The notes beneath the pieces are model-generated. The model saw only the letters and a list, made by a program, of their open reading frames with translations, did no database searches and was not told the origin of the DNA. The position numbers were made by a program, and so were the translations under genes. A DNA stretch of 33,135 nt from an uncultured Clostridia bacterium. Lineage in GTDB: Bacteria; Bacillota; Clostridia; Oscillospirales; Oscillospiraceae. The stretch is taken from contig CALICR010000154.1 in NCBI GenBank assembly GCA_938049125.1, forward strand, positions 1-33,135. Direction: 5' to 3'. Each line of letters starts with the position of its first letter. The first letter of the stretch is position 1. Positions 1 through 8,939 of this stretch are shown here, one piece after another.

Positions 1-175
1 GTTCCGTGAGGTGGTGTTCGGTGTGGGCTTTGCCCTGCTGCTGCCGGTGTTCTTCGGCCTGGACGGCGTACTGTATTCCATGCCGGTGTCGGACGTTCTG
101 ACCTTCCTGATCTCGACGGTCATCATTGTGAAGACCGATCGCGAGCTGCGTTCGGAAGGGGGCCAAAAGGCCTGA
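1..175 (+). CDS. 3' end of a polytopic membrane transporter gene (MATE-efflux-like C-terminus), truncated by the window start
   Basis: The frame is open from nt 2 to the TGA at 173-175. It translates to FREVVFGVGFALLLPVFFGLDGVLYSMPVSDVLTFLISTVIIVKTDRELRSEGGQKA*: hydrophobic helices, then a short charged tail, followed directly by a terminator. The family call rests on resemblance only. Confidence 0.45.
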   Translation, partial: FREVVFGVGFALLLPVFFGLDGVLYSMPVSDVLTFLISTVIIVKTDRELRSEGGQKA

Positions 176-210
176 AAACCGGCGGAGCCTCGGCTCCGCC
201 GGTTTTTTTC
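175..210. terminator. Bidirectional rho-independent terminator between convergent genes
   Basis: Perfect 10-bp stem CCGGCGGAGC (179-188) / GCTCCGCCGG (193-202) with loop CTCG. An A-run lies on the left and TTTTTTT (203-209) on the right. It sits between the + gene stop (173-175) and the - gene stop (215-217). Confidence 0.85.
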
Positions 211-214
211 GGTG

Positions 215-1255
215 TTATTCCGCGGGCGTGCTGCTTTCCACGGCGGGGGCGAGGTGGCCGTAGGTGTCGAAGCGGGTGTCGTGGGACTCGGTCAGGAAGA
301 CGATCTGCACGTCCGGCGTGGCCACGGTGGCGGCCTGGGTCGTGACGATGGAGTCGATCTGCGCGCCGTCGTCCAGCTCGAAGTAGAGCCGTCCCTCGGT
401 CAGCATGGAGGCGAAGGGCTGGTCCGCCTTGATGCCCAGCGAGACCTTGAGCGGCAGGCTGGAGAGGTCGGACTGGAGCGTCGCCGCGGTGTTCGAGAGG
501 ACCTGGTCCTTCGTGACCTCGGACTCATTGTAGACGATGGCGTCGGTGTCCGGGAACTGGTAGTCCTTGAGGACGACCTCCTGGAAGCCCATGGACTGGA
601 GCTCCGTGCAGATGCTCTCGAGGTAGTCGATGACCTGCGGATTCGCCGGGTCCATCCAGTAGCAGCCGCTGCTGTCGGCCCAGAGCGCGCCGCTGGAGAG
701 AGGCAGGCCCAGGTCCGTATTGTTCAGGCAGTGGCGCTGGTCCGCGAAGGCGGGGATCCTGGCGATGAGGTAGACGCCCTTCCGCGCCAGCGTGTCGATG
801 AGGGAGCGCACGGCCTGGGTGTCCACGGAGGCGGCGGTCTGTGCTCCGCTGACGGAGGAGGGGTAGTAGAAGTTGCCGTAGCTGTCCCGGAGGTCCAGCA
901 GCACGGCGTAGTAGCTGCCGGTGCTGAGCACGGACTCCACGGCGTCGAGGTTCTTGAGCATGTCCGTGGTGACATAGTAGCCCGTGACTTTTCTGGTGCC
1001 CGTAAGGGCGGCGTCATCGTCGGCAGAGACGTAGGAGATCTGCGCGTCCACCGAGGGGGCCGTCACGTCGGGGGCGGTGCTGCCGAGGTCCTGCCAGTGG
1101 AAGTCGAGGTGCGCGCCGTCGTGGTCGTAGACAATATAGCGGTCGAGGTAGACCAGCACGCCCCAGCTGATGAGCGCCAGGGCCAGCAGCAACGAGAGCA
1201 GGCCGGCGAGGAAGCGGCGCAGCCGGGTCCGGTTCCGATAGGAGAAAAGACGCAT
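215..1255 (-). CDS. Membrane-anchored putative glycoside-hydrolase-like protein (DUF4015 / GH-like TIM-barrel type)
   Basis: 346-aa ORF with AAGGAGG 8 nt upstream of the ATG. It has an N-terminal TM anchor (FLAGLLSLLLALALISWGVLVYL). The core pattern GVYLIARIPAFAD...GCYWMDPANPQVIDYLESICTELQSMGFQEVVLKDYQFP resembles the DUF4015 family. It lies 3 nt downstream of prmA, so the two are probably co-transcribed. Confidence 0.6.
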   Translation of the reverse strand: MRLFSYRNRTRLRRFLAGLLSLLLALALISWGVLVYLDRYIVYDHDGAHLDFHWQDLGSTAPDVTAPSVDAQISYVSADDDAALTGTRKVTGYYVTTDMLKNLDAVESVLSTGSYYAVLLDLRDSYGNFYYPSSVSGAQTAASVDTQAVRSLIDTLARKGVYLIARIPAFADQRHCLNNTDLGLPLSSGALWADSSGCYWMDPANPQVIDYLESICTELQSMGFQEVVLKDYQFPDTDAIVYNESEVTKDQVLSNTAATLQSDLSSLPLKVSLGIKADQPFASMLTEGRLYFELDDGAQIDSIVTTQAATVATPDVQIVFLTESHDTRFDTYGHLAPAVESSTPAE

Positions 1256-1258
1256 GGT

Positions 1259-2236
1259 CTAGGCCTCCTTCCGGACGGCGGTGATGCGGCACCAATCGTT
1301 CTCCTGCCGCGTAGACTCCACGGCAAGGCCTGCAGCGTCCAGGGCCTCCAGCACCTCGGGGAGTCGGGTGTTCAGCACGCCGGAGCAGACGAAGTGCCCC
1401 CGGGGTGCCAGCAGGGCCGGGACCTTCGGAGCCAGCGGGATGATGACGTCGGCCACGATGTTGGCCAGCACCAGGTCGTTCTGCCCGGGGCCGAGGGAGG
1501 CATAGAAGGCCTCGTCGCCCAGGACGTTGCCGGTGCGGGCGGTGAAGACCGCGCCGTGCAGGTCGTTGAAGGCGGCGTTCTCCCGGGCAATGTCCTCGGC
1601 CTTGGGATCGATGTCCACGCCGGTGGCCCGGGCCGCGCCCAGCAGCAGGGCTGCAATGGAGAGAATGCCGCTGCCGCTGCCGAGGTCGAGCACCTGCTCA
1701 CCGCCGTGGACCAGCCGCTCCAATTCCATCAGGCACATCCGCGTCGAGGCGTGGCTGCCGGTGCCGAAGATCATGCCGGGGTCCAGCCGGACCGGGATGC
1801 GGTGCTCCGGGTTCTCCGGGTGCAGCCACTCGGGCACCACCAGGAGCCGGGTCCCGATGGGGATGGGCTGGTAATACTGTTTCCAGTTGTTCTCCCAGTC
1901 CTCCTCCCGGAGGTTTGCCAGCTCCACGGCGAGGGAGCCGAAGTCCACGCCGGGGTACTGCCCGGGCAGCGTATGGAGCTCCGAGCGGAGCTGGGCGACC
2001 TGCTCCATGGCCTCCGGCCCGTTCTCGAGGTAGAGCCGAATCTGGGAGACACCCTGCATCTCCCGGGCGAGGTCCTCGTCCACATAGTCCCAGTAATCGT
2101 GATTCTGGTCCAAAAATTCTTCAAATTCCGCCTGGTCGTCCACCACAAAGCTGTCATAGCCCCAGAGGGTCAGCGAAGCGGCGACCAGCTCGATCCCGCC
2201 GGAGGCGGTCTTGATCGTCAATTCCAACCATTCCAT
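1259..2236 (-). CDS. prmA: Ribosomal protein L11 methyltransferase
   Basis: 325 aa with AGGAGG 9 nt upstream. The N-terminal PrmA domain begins MEWLELTIKT. It carries the conserved IDPGMIFGTGSHASTRMCL motif and the SAM-binding VLDLGSGSGILSIAA motif. Confidence 0.92.
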   Translation of the reverse strand: MEWLELTIKTASGGIELVAASLTLWGYDSFVVDDQAEFEEFLDQNHDYWDYVDEDLAREMQGVSQIRLYLENGPEAMEQVAQLRSELHTLPGQYPGVDFGSLAVELANLREEDWENNWKQYYQPIPIGTRLLVVPEWLHPENPEHRIPVRLDPGMIFGTGSHASTRMCLMELERLVHGGEQVLDLGSGSGILSIAALLLGAARATGVDIDPKAEDIARENAAFNDLHGAVFTARTGNVLGDEAFYASLGPGQNDLVLANIVADVIIPLAPKVPALLAPRGHFVCSGVLNTRLPEVLEALDAAGLAVESTRQENDWCRITAVRKEA

Positions 2237-2390
2237 GTTTCAGTTCCTCCTGGTCATTTCTTTATTTTACATGAATTCCCGGATAAATACAAGGAAATCT
2301 TTTCAGCCCTTTTCCTTTCCGGAAAAATGTAGTATAATACCTCCAAGAAGCCGCGCGGCCCCGCCGCCGGATGTAAAGGAGAAGACCGCC

Positions 2391-3275
2391 ATGCTGTCTG
2401 CAATTTCATTCCCCGGCCTCGGAATCACCGTGGACCCGTCGCCGGTGGCCTTCACGGTCCTGGGTAAGGACATCTACTGGTACGGCATCATCATCGCCAT
2501 GGGCTTCCTGCTGGCTTACATTTATATGGACCGCCGCGCACCCCGCTTCGGCCTGAACGGGGACCAGGTGCTGGATATGCTCTTCTGGGCCGTGCCCATC
2601 GGTATCGTCTGTGCCCGCATCTATTACTGCGTGTTCTACTGGGATGGCTATCGGGACAACCCCATTTCCTGCCTCTACATCTGGGAAGGTGGCCTGGCTA
2701 TCTACGGCGGCGTTCTCGGCGGGATCTTGGGACTGTTCTTATGCCACAAGGTGAAAAAGCTGCCCTTCTGGACGGAGCTGGACCTGGCGGCCTACGGTGT
2801 GCTCCTCGGCCAGATCTGCGGCCGCTGGGGCAACTTCATGAACCGCGAGGCCCACGGCAGTGAGACTGCCTCCTTCCTGCGCATGGGCCTCACGGACCCG
2901 GACGGTGTCGTGCGGTACTACCACCCGACGTTCCTCTACGAGTCCCTCTGGAACCTCGTGGGCTTTGTGCTCCTGCACTTCTACGCGAAAAAGCGGAAGT
3001 TCGACGGCGAGATCTTCCTCTGCTACCTCTTCTGGTACGGCCTCGGCCGGGTCTGGATCGAGGGCCTGCGGACGGACAGCCTCTACCTCTTCGGCACCGG
3101 CATCCGGGTAAGCCAGCTGCTGGCGCTTCTCTGCGTGCTGGGGGCCGGGACGGCGCTGGCCGTCATCCGCCTCCGGAAGAAGCCGGACCCCGCCCGGCTC
3201 TACGTCAATCGGAAGGCCGCGGAGGCCGCCGCCGAGGCGGAGCGTGCCGCATCTTCGGACGAATCTTCACAATAA
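2391..3275 (+). CDS. lgt: Prolipoprotein diacylglyceryl transferase
   Basis: The ATG at 2391 is preceded by AAAGGAGAAG. The tracked ORF start at 2211 has no RBS and would overlap the prmA leader. Lgt hallmarks are present: IYWYGIIIAMGF, GGLAIYGGVLGG, GRWGNFMNREAHG and GLGRVWIEGLRTDSL. Confidence 0.92.
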   Translation: MLSAISFPGLGITVDPSPVAFTVLGKDIYWYGIIIAMGFLLAYIYMDRRAPRFGLNGDQVLDMLFWAVPIGIVCARIYYCVFYWDGYRDNPISCLYIWEGGLAIYGGVLGGILGLFLCHKVKKLPFWTELDLAAYGVLLGQICGRWGNFMNREAHGSETASFLRMGLTDPDGVVRYYHPTFLYESLWNLVGFVLLHFYAKKRKFDGEIFLCYLFWYGLGRVWIEGLRTDSLYLFGTGIRVSQLLALLCVLGAGTALAVIRLRKKPDPARLYVNRKAAEAAAEAERAASSDESSQ

Positions 3276-3300
3276 GTTTACGATTTCCCCGGAATGGAAA

Positions 3301-3329
3301 TTGAAATTTGGAGAAATCCGTGCTATACT
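3301..3329 (+). promoter_or_regulatory. Putative sigma-A promoter for the 3383-3850 gene
   Basis: TTGAAA (3301-3306), a 17-nt spacer, then TATACT (3324-3329), about 55 nt upstream of the ATG. Confidence 0.5.
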
Positions 3330-3382
3330 AGCTGATAATCAGAGCAAATTCTGCACCACATTTTGGAAAGGAGTTTATCGAT

Positions 3383-3850
3383 ATGGGCATCAACGTCGAT
3401 TTTGAAAGCATCAAGGGTATGGCGGCCAATGTGGCCACCACGGCAAAGAAGAAGGCCTCCACGCTGGCGGCCATCGCCAAGGCCAATGTCGCCATCTACG
3501 CGGAAGAGGACAAGGTGAAGAAGGCAGAGGCCGAGCTGGGCCGCCTGTACTACAACGATTTTGTGGCCGGCAACGGCGCGGACACCGAGGCCTATCTGCC
3601 CATCTGCGACCGGATCACCGAGTCCAAGAACACGATTCAGGAGCTGAAGGCGCAGGTCGCCAAGCTGAAGACCCAGTCCGCCTCCGAGCGCGAGAGCGCC
3701 GTCTACGACGTCACCGACGCCGACTTTGTCGTGTCCGGTGAGGACGACGTGGAGCCGGTCCGGGAGGACACTGCCCCCGAGGCCGCCGGTGCCGAGAGCT
3801 TCGCCGTCAAGCAGAACGGCGAGATCAAGGAAGCCACCAAGGAAGAATAA
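3383..3850 (+). CDS. Hypothetical small coiled-coil protein with an acidic C-terminal tail
   Basis: 155-aa ORF with a GGAAAGGAG RBS. It has its own promoter-like motif and a downstream hairpin. The sequence is K/A/E-rich and helical (AKANVAIYAEEDKVKKAEAELGRLYYNDF). I recognise no family. Confidence 0.75.
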   Translation: MGINVDFESIKGMAANVATTAKKKASTLAAIAKANVAIYAEEDKVKKAEAELGRLYYNDFVAGNGADTEAYLPICDRITESKNTIQELKAQVAKLKTQSASERESAVYDVTDADFVVSGEDDVEPVREDTAPEAAGAESFAVKQNGEIKEATKEE

Positions 3851-3861
3851 GCCGGGAATCC

Positions 3862-3904
3862 AGACCTGCCCGCCTGAGCCAGTCTCAGACGGGCAGTCTT
3901 TTTC
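3862..3904 (+). terminator. Probable rho-independent terminator
   Basis: CTGCCCG (3866-3872) pairs with CGGGCAG (3890-3896), with flanking AGA/TCT pairs and then a TTTTT run. The 17-nt loop is large, so confidence is moderate. Confidence 0.55.
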
Positions 3905-4023
3905 CCGGGCGGCCCCGGCGGAAAAGCGATGGACAAGCGCGCCCGCCTGTGGTAAACTTGGCTTAGACCCGGGCGCAGTACCGGCCCGGGATCAAATACC
4001 GGAGGGAACAGAAGGAGGTCAGG

Positions 4024-4971
4024 ATGAATACTGCACTGGTCATTCTTGCAGCAGGCATCGGCAGCCGCTTCGGCGGCGGGATCAAGCAGCTCACGCCCGT
4101 AGGACCCAATGGAGAACTCATCATCGACTATTCGATCCATGACGCGCTGGAGGCGGGCTTCAACGAGATCGTGTTCATCATCCGCCGGGAGCTGGAGCCG
4201 GAGCTCCGCGCCCTGCTGGGCGACCGGCTGGAGCGTGGGATCGGGACCGTCCCGAATCTGTGCGCCGTGCGCTATGTCTATCAGGAGCTGACGGACCTGC
4301 CGCCGGGCTACGATGCGGCGGCCCTGGCTGCGGCGCGGAAGAAGCCCTGGGGCACCGGCCAGGCGCTGCTCAGCTGCCGCGGCGCGGTGGACTGCCCCTT
4401 CGCGGTCATCAACGCCGACGATTACTATGGGAAGCAGGCCTTCCGGTCGGTCCACGCCTGGCTCACGGCGCATGGCCGGGAGCGCGGCGCGGGCTGCATG
4501 GCGGGCTTCGTGCTGAAAAATACGCTCTCGGACTACGGCAGCGTGACCCGTGGCCTGTGCAGCGTCGGCGCGGACGGGACCCTCACGGGAATCAAAGAGA
4601 CCCGGAATCTGGTCCGTACGCCCGGCAGCGCGGCCCATGACGGCGTGGCCGTGGACCCGGAGACGCCGGTGTCCATGAACTTCTGGGGCTTCAGCCCGGA
4701 CCTGCTGGAGGGGCTGGAGGCAGACTTCCGGTCGTTTCTGGAGACCGGCGACCGCGTGAACGGGGAGTTCCTGCTGCCCGAGGCCGTGGACCGCAGGCTG
4801 CGGGCCGGGACGCTCCGCGTCCGCTGCCTCCCGACGGAGGACCGCTGGTTCGGCGTCACTTATAAGGAGGACCGCCCCATCGTAGAACAGGAGATTCGCG
4901 CGCTGGTGGCGCGCGGCGTCTATCCGGCACGGCTGCCGGAGCTTGAGACCCCGGCCGGGGACCCGGCCTGA
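4024..4971 (+). CDS. Sugar-1-phosphate nucleotidyltransferase family protein
   Basis: 315 aa with a GAAGGAGG RBS. The N-terminal signature is VILAAGIGSRFGGGIKQL (G-rich NTP-binding loop), and KPWGTGQA and INADDYYG motifs are also present. The sugar specificity cannot be determined here. Confidence 0.8.
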   Translation: MNTALVILAAGIGSRFGGGIKQLTPVGPNGELIIDYSIHDALEAGFNEIVFIIRRELEPELRALLGDRLERGIGTVPNLCAVRYVYQELTDLPPGYDAAALAAARKKPWGTGQALLSCRGAVDCPFAVINADDYYGKQAFRSVHAWLTAHGRERGAGCMAGFVLKNTLSDYGSVTRGLCSVGADGTLTGIKETRNLVRTPGSAAHDGVAVDPETPVSMNFWGFSPDLLEGLEADFRSFLETGDRVNGEFLLPEAVDRRLRAGTLRVRCLPTEDRWFGVTYKEDRPIVEQEIRALVARGVYPARLPELETPAGDPA

Positions 4972-4986
4972 CAGGAGGCACAGAAT

Positions 4987-6675
4987 ATGGAAATTCAGGA
5001 ACGATACGAGCAGTGGGTCCGGGAGACCCGGGACAACGCGGAGCTCTCCGCAGAGTTGGCCGCCATCCGCGGCAAGGACGCGGAGATCGAGGATCGATTC
5101 TACCGCGAGCTGGAGTTCGGCACGGCGGGTCTGCGCGGCATTCTCGGCGCGGGTACGAACCGTATGAATGTCTACACGGTCGGACGTGCGACGCAGGGCT
5201 ACTGCGACTATCTGCGGGAGGCATCGGACGCGCCCTCTGTGGCGATCGCCCATGACAGCCGCCACAAATCCCGCGAATTTGCAGAAGAAGCGGCGTCCAT
5301 CTTCGCTGCCAACGGCATCCGCGTCCATCTCTATCCGAAGCTGATGCCGACGCCCTGCCTCTCCTTCGCCGTGCGCTATTTCGGCTGCACCGGCGGCATC
5401 AACATCACGGCGAGCCACAACCCCGCCGCCTATAACGGCTACAAGGTCTATGGCGGCGACGGCTGCCAGATCACGGAGCTTGCGGCGAAATCCATTCTCG
5501 GAAAAATCGGCGCGACGGACTGCTTCACCGGCGTCCGCCGGATGCCTCTCGCTGAGGCGCGGGCGCAGGGACTGGTGCAGGATATCGGCGCGGACTGCGT
5601 CGAGGCCTATCTGACCGCCATAGACGGCGAGTCTCTGCTGCCGAAGGACGCGCCGCGGGAGCTCAGGATCGTCTATACGCCGCTCAACGGCGCGGGCATC
5701 AGCTGCGTGCCGGACTGCCTTGCGCGCAACGGCTTCCACAACATCACCATCCCGGCGTCCCAGCGCGACCCGAACGGCGATTTCCCGACCTGCCCTTATC
5801 CGAATCCGGAGATCCGGCAGGCGCTGGATGAAGCCATCGCCTGCGCGGAAAAATGCGGCGCAGAGTTTGTGCTGGCGACGGATCCGGACTGCGACCGTGT
5901 CGGCACCGCCATCCGGAAGGACGGTGAGTTCCGCCTCATCACGGGCAATCAGATGGGTGTGCTGCTGCTGGACTTCATCTGCCGCATGAAGCGGGAGCGG
6001 GGAACCATGCCGGAGCACCCCGTCGCGGTCAAGACCATCGTGACCACGAAGCTCTGCGAGCGGGTCGCGGACTATTACGGCGTCGAGCTGCGCAACGTGC
6101 TGACGGGCTTCAAATATATCGGCGAGCAGATCCGCGGGTTGGAGGCGCACGGCGAGACGGCGCGCTTCCTCCTTGGCTACGAGGAGAGCTACGGCTACCT
6201 GACCTGTCCGCAGGTGCGCGACAAGGACGCGGTCAACGCCTCGCTCCTCATCTGCGAGATGGTCTGCTGGTACAAGAATCAGGGACGCAGTCTGCTCGAC
6301 GGTCTGGAGGACATCTTTGCCCGCTTCGGCTACTATACGGACAAGGTCATGAGCTTCACCTTCGAGGGCGCCGCGGGCTTTGAGACCATGCAGGGCATCA
6401 TGAAGGCGCTGCGCGCCGACCCCATCCGCGAGGCAGCGGGCTTTGCTGTCGAAAGCTGTACGGACTACCTCGGAGACGACACCGGTCTGCCGAAGTCCAA
6501 CGTTATGCAGTATCACCTCACCGGCGGCACCGTCGCCACTGTGCGGCCCTCCGGCACGGAGCCGAAGCTCAAGGTCTACCTCTCCGTCTGCGGCGCGACC
6601 CGCGGGGAGAGTGAGTCGACCGTTGCAATCCTCTCGGATTTTTTCACGAAGTGGATCGACGCGCATCGGAACTGA
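4987..6675 (+). CDS. Phosphoglucomutase/phosphomannomutase-family phosphohexomutase
   Basis: 562 aa with an AGGAGG RBS. It has the active-site phosphoserine loop ITASHNPAAYNGYKVY, the metal loop ATDPDCDRVG, the sugar loop GYEESYGY and the phosphate loop RPSGTEPKLKVY. Confidence 0.92.
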   Translation: MEIQERYEQWVRETRDNAELSAELAAIRGKDAEIEDRFYRELEFGTAGLRGILGAGTNRMNVYTVGRATQGYCDYLREASDAPSVAIAHDSRHKSREFAEEAASIFAANGIRVHLYPKLMPTPCLSFAVRYFGCTGGINITASHNPAAYNGYKVYGGDGCQITELAAKSILGKIGATDCFTGVRRMPLAEARAQGLVQDIGADCVEAYLTAIDGESLLPKDAPRELRIVYTPLNGAGISCVPDCLARNGFHNITIPASQRDPNGDFPTCPYPNPEIRQALDEAIACAEKCGAEFVLATDPDCDRVGTAIRKDGEFRLITGNQMGVLLLDFICRMKRERGTMPEHPVAVKTIVTTKLCERVADYYGVELRNVLTGFKYIGEQIRGLEAHGETARFLLGYEESYGYLTCPQVRDKDAVNASLLICEMVCWYKNQGRSLLDGLEDIFARFGYYTDKVMSFTFEGAAGFETMQGIMKALRADPIREAAGFAVESCTDYLGDDTGLPKSNVMQYHLTGGTVATVRPSGTEPKLKVYLSVCGATRGESESTVAILSDFFTKWIDAHRN

Positions 6676-6691
6676 ACCGAAAATCAGAGAG

Positions 6692-6730
6692 AAAAACCGC
6701 GGCAGAACGCCTCTGCCGCGGTTTTTCTTT
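6692..6730 (+). terminator. Strong rho-independent terminator
   Basis: 12-bp stem AACCGCGGCAGA (6695-6706) / TCTGCCGCGGTT (6712-6723) with loop ACGCC, followed by TTTTTCTTT. Confidence 0.9.
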
Positions 6731-6758
6731 CCAATTGGGAGAAGCGGGAAGAAATTGC

Positions 6759-6787
6759 TTGCAACGGGTCGGCATCCTTAGTATAAT
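6759..6787 (+). promoter_or_regulatory. Putative sigma-A promoter at the head of the glycopolymer locus
   Basis: TTGCAA (6759-6764), a 17-nt spacer, then TATAAT (6782-6787). It sits 34 nt upstream of the ATG at 6821 and directly after the terminator. Confidence 0.55.
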
Positions 6788-6820
6788 GATACGGAAAAGG
6801 AAATAAGGGGGAATCGTCAA

Positions 6821-8899
6821 ATGGCAGATCAGAACGCCCCAAATCGTCGGACGCAGTGGGGGAATTGTGCGCTCATTGGGCTCTTTACTGCGGCAACGTT
6901 TTTTTTGTTCGGGCCGCTGAACCTCTATGTGAGCAATAAAAATGAGTTTTCTTTTTATCTTCGGGACATTTTGCCGTGGATCCTCGGGTGCTTTTTGCTT
7001 GCGGCTTTGGTCCTGACGGTTATCCCCGCCGCAATCCGGAATAAAAGGGCGCGGGATATCGTGCTTGCGGTGATTCTGGGGCTCGGCATCGGGTTTTATG
7101 TGCAGGGGAATTTTATGTCCGGCGGCTATGGGCAGCTGAACGGAAAGAGCATCGACTGGGACGCGATGACCGGACGCGGCATTGTCAACACGGTCGTGTG
7201 GGCGCTCTGCATTCTGCTGCCGGTCGCGGCGGTCCTGTTTGTGAAGGGATGGAAAACGGCGTTCCTGCGCGATGCCGCTCTGGCACTGACGGCGGTGCAG
7301 CTGCTGGCAACGGTGATCGCTTGTGTGGCGGCACCGGCCAAGCAGGACGTAGACTTCACCATCAATACCGACGGAGCCTTCACGCTGGCAGAGGAAAACA
7401 ATGTTGCCGTCTTCCTGACGGATACCTTTTATTCGGAGCTGTTCGAGGAGATCATCACAGAGGATCCCTCCTATTATGACGTTTTTTCCGGTTTTACGTT
7501 TTTCAAGGATACCTCCGGCGTCGGCTGCTCAACAAAGGGCACGTTGCCGTATATCCTGACGGGTGTCTGGAATGAGAATAAGATGCCGTTCCATGATTAC
7601 ATTGACCATGCCTATGATCACAATACACTGTATGAGACACTGCTGGATCGGCAGTATGACACGAGACTGTACGTGACAACCCGCTTTGTCAGCGCGAAGC
7701 ATACGCAGTATTTCGCCAACATTACCGGCGGCTCCGGACTTGCGGACCCGGCGGCGACAGCGGGCCTCATGTATAAATTTACGGCATTCACCTATATGCC
7801 GCATTTTCTGAAGCCGCAGTTCTGGTTCTATTCCGGTGATTTCTCCGCGGTTGACAGCGGAGAACGCGCGGATCATTCCCTGCGCCTCTCGCCGGACAGC
7901 GCTTTTTATTCCAGCCTGTGTGAGGCCGGGATCACGGTCGATCCGTCCTATGCGGGAACCTATCGCTTTTACTATCTGAACGGTCCCCACGCGCCCTACG
8001 TGATGGATGAGCACGCCCAGGCGGCAGAGGAGGGAACGGTGACACAGCGGCAGCAGGCGATCGGAACGCTTGAGATTCTCCGCACGTATCTGGAGCAGCT
8101 GCGCGAAACAGGGCTTTACGACAGTACGACGGTCATGATTCTGGCCGACCACGGCGCGGAGACAAAGAATTATATCAATCCGATGCTCTGCGTCAAGCCT
8201 GCGGGCGCGGCGGACGAACCGCTGAAGGTCTCCTCCGCGGAGATTGCGTTCTCGGACCTGCAGCCGACCCTGCTGAAGGCGATCACGGGCGACGAGTCCC
8301 TGACGAGCGTTTTTGATATCCCGGAGGGCGAAAGCCGGGAGAGAAGAGCGATTTGGTACGTGTGGAACCATGCCGCCTGGCAGGAGGATTACCTTCCGGA
8401 CCTGAGCGAGATCTTGATCACAGGAGACGTCCGCGACCTGTCCACCTGGCGCCCCACGGGGCATATGTATACTGCGAGCGGAGAAAAAGTGACGGATTAC
8501 AGCTATGAGTTGGGGACGGAGCTCTACTATAACGGTTCGCAGTTTGACGAAGAACACTATTTTATTGGCCTTTCCTATCCGGAGGAAAATTTCACCTGGA
8601 CCGATGGGGAATGGGTGAACTGGAATTTCCGCCCTGTGCAGTACGAAGGGGAAGACCTTGTATTCCGCGTAAATTACGTTGCCGCGCTGGATAATCAGAA
8701 GGCGATCCTGCATGTCAATGGATATGAACAGGAGCTGACGGTCGGGGATGGAGAGACGCTGGAGTATGTGATCCCGGAGGAATATATTTTGGACGGGACA
8801 CTCTCCCTGTTTTTACAGCTCCCCAATTACCGGCGCGGGGATGGGGATGCGAGAGATATCGCGGTGGCCATCCGTAGTATCTCGCTGAACGCGGAATAA
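6821..8899 (+). CDS. LtaS/sulfatase-type (alkaline-phosphatase superfamily) membrane phosphotransferase with an extra C-terminal domain
   Basis: 692 aa with an AAGGGGGA RBS. About five N-terminal TM helices are followed by an extracytoplasmic domain with NVAVFLTDTF, STKGTLPYILTG (candidate nucleophile Thr region) and MILADHGAE (the sulfatase-family DHG motif). The last ~150 aa contain GLSYPEENFTWTDGEWV, a pattern recurrent in envelope-glycan proteins. Confidence 0.8.
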   Translation: MADQNAPNRRTQWGNCALIGLFTAATFFLFGPLNLYVSNKNEFSFYLRDILPWILGCFLLAALVLTVIPAAIRNKRARDIVLAVILGLGIGFYVQGNFMSGGYGQLNGKSIDWDAMTGRGIVNTVVWALCILLPVAAVLFVKGWKTAFLRDAALALTAVQLLATVIACVAAPAKQDVDFTINTDGAFTLAEENNVAVFLTDTFYSELFEEIITEDPSYYDVFSGFTFFKDTSGVGCSTKGTLPYILTGVWNENKMPFHDYIDHAYDHNTLYETLLDRQYDTRLYVTTRFVSAKHTQYFANITGGSGLADPAATAGLMYKFTAFTYMPHFLKPQFWFYSGDFSAVDSGERADHSLRLSPDSAFYSSLCEAGITVDPSYAGTYRFYYLNGPHAPYVMDEHAQAAEEGTVTQRQQAIGTLEILRTYLEQLRETGLYDSTTVMILADHGAETKNYINPMLCVKPAGAADEPLKVSSAEIAFSDLQPTLLKAITGDESLTSVFDIPEGESRERRAIWYVWNHAAWQEDYLPDLSEILITGDVRDLSTWRPTGHMYTASGEKVTDYSYELGTELYYNGSQFDEEHYFIGLSYPEENFTWTDGEWVNWNFRPVQYEGEDLVFRVNYVAALDNQKAILHVNGYEQELTVGDGETLEYVIPEEYILDGTLSLFLQLPNYRRGDGDARDIAVAIRSISLNAE

Positions 8900-8939
8900 A
8901 TCTCTGCGTGAACGACAAGGATGGCGAAAGGGATAGCGA

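Noticed and set aside
212-2332. 706-aa + strand ORF spanning the prmA region
   Set aside because: It is antisense to two well-supported - strand genes (prmA and the DUF4015-like gene, both with AGGAGG RBSs). The translation is G/V/R/A-rich with no recognisable motifs and starts inside the terminator.
2211-2390. Longer N-terminal extensions suggested by the track for lgt (2211), the ABC-2 permease (13846), the triple GT (TTG 15874), the GT-C-like gene (22746), the GNAT (24994) and the cupin (26472)
   Set aside because: In each case an internal ATG has a properly spaced purine-rich RBS and matches the family N-terminus. The extension either overlaps the upstream gene or intergenic signals, or has no RBS. 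The GT-C-like start (22845 versus GTG 22836) stays uncertain.
3703-6666. 987-aa - strand ORF
   Set aside because: It is antisense to the nucleotidyltransferase and phosphohexomutase genes, which carry unambiguous catalytic motifs. Its composition is R/A/G/D-rich and it has no RBS.
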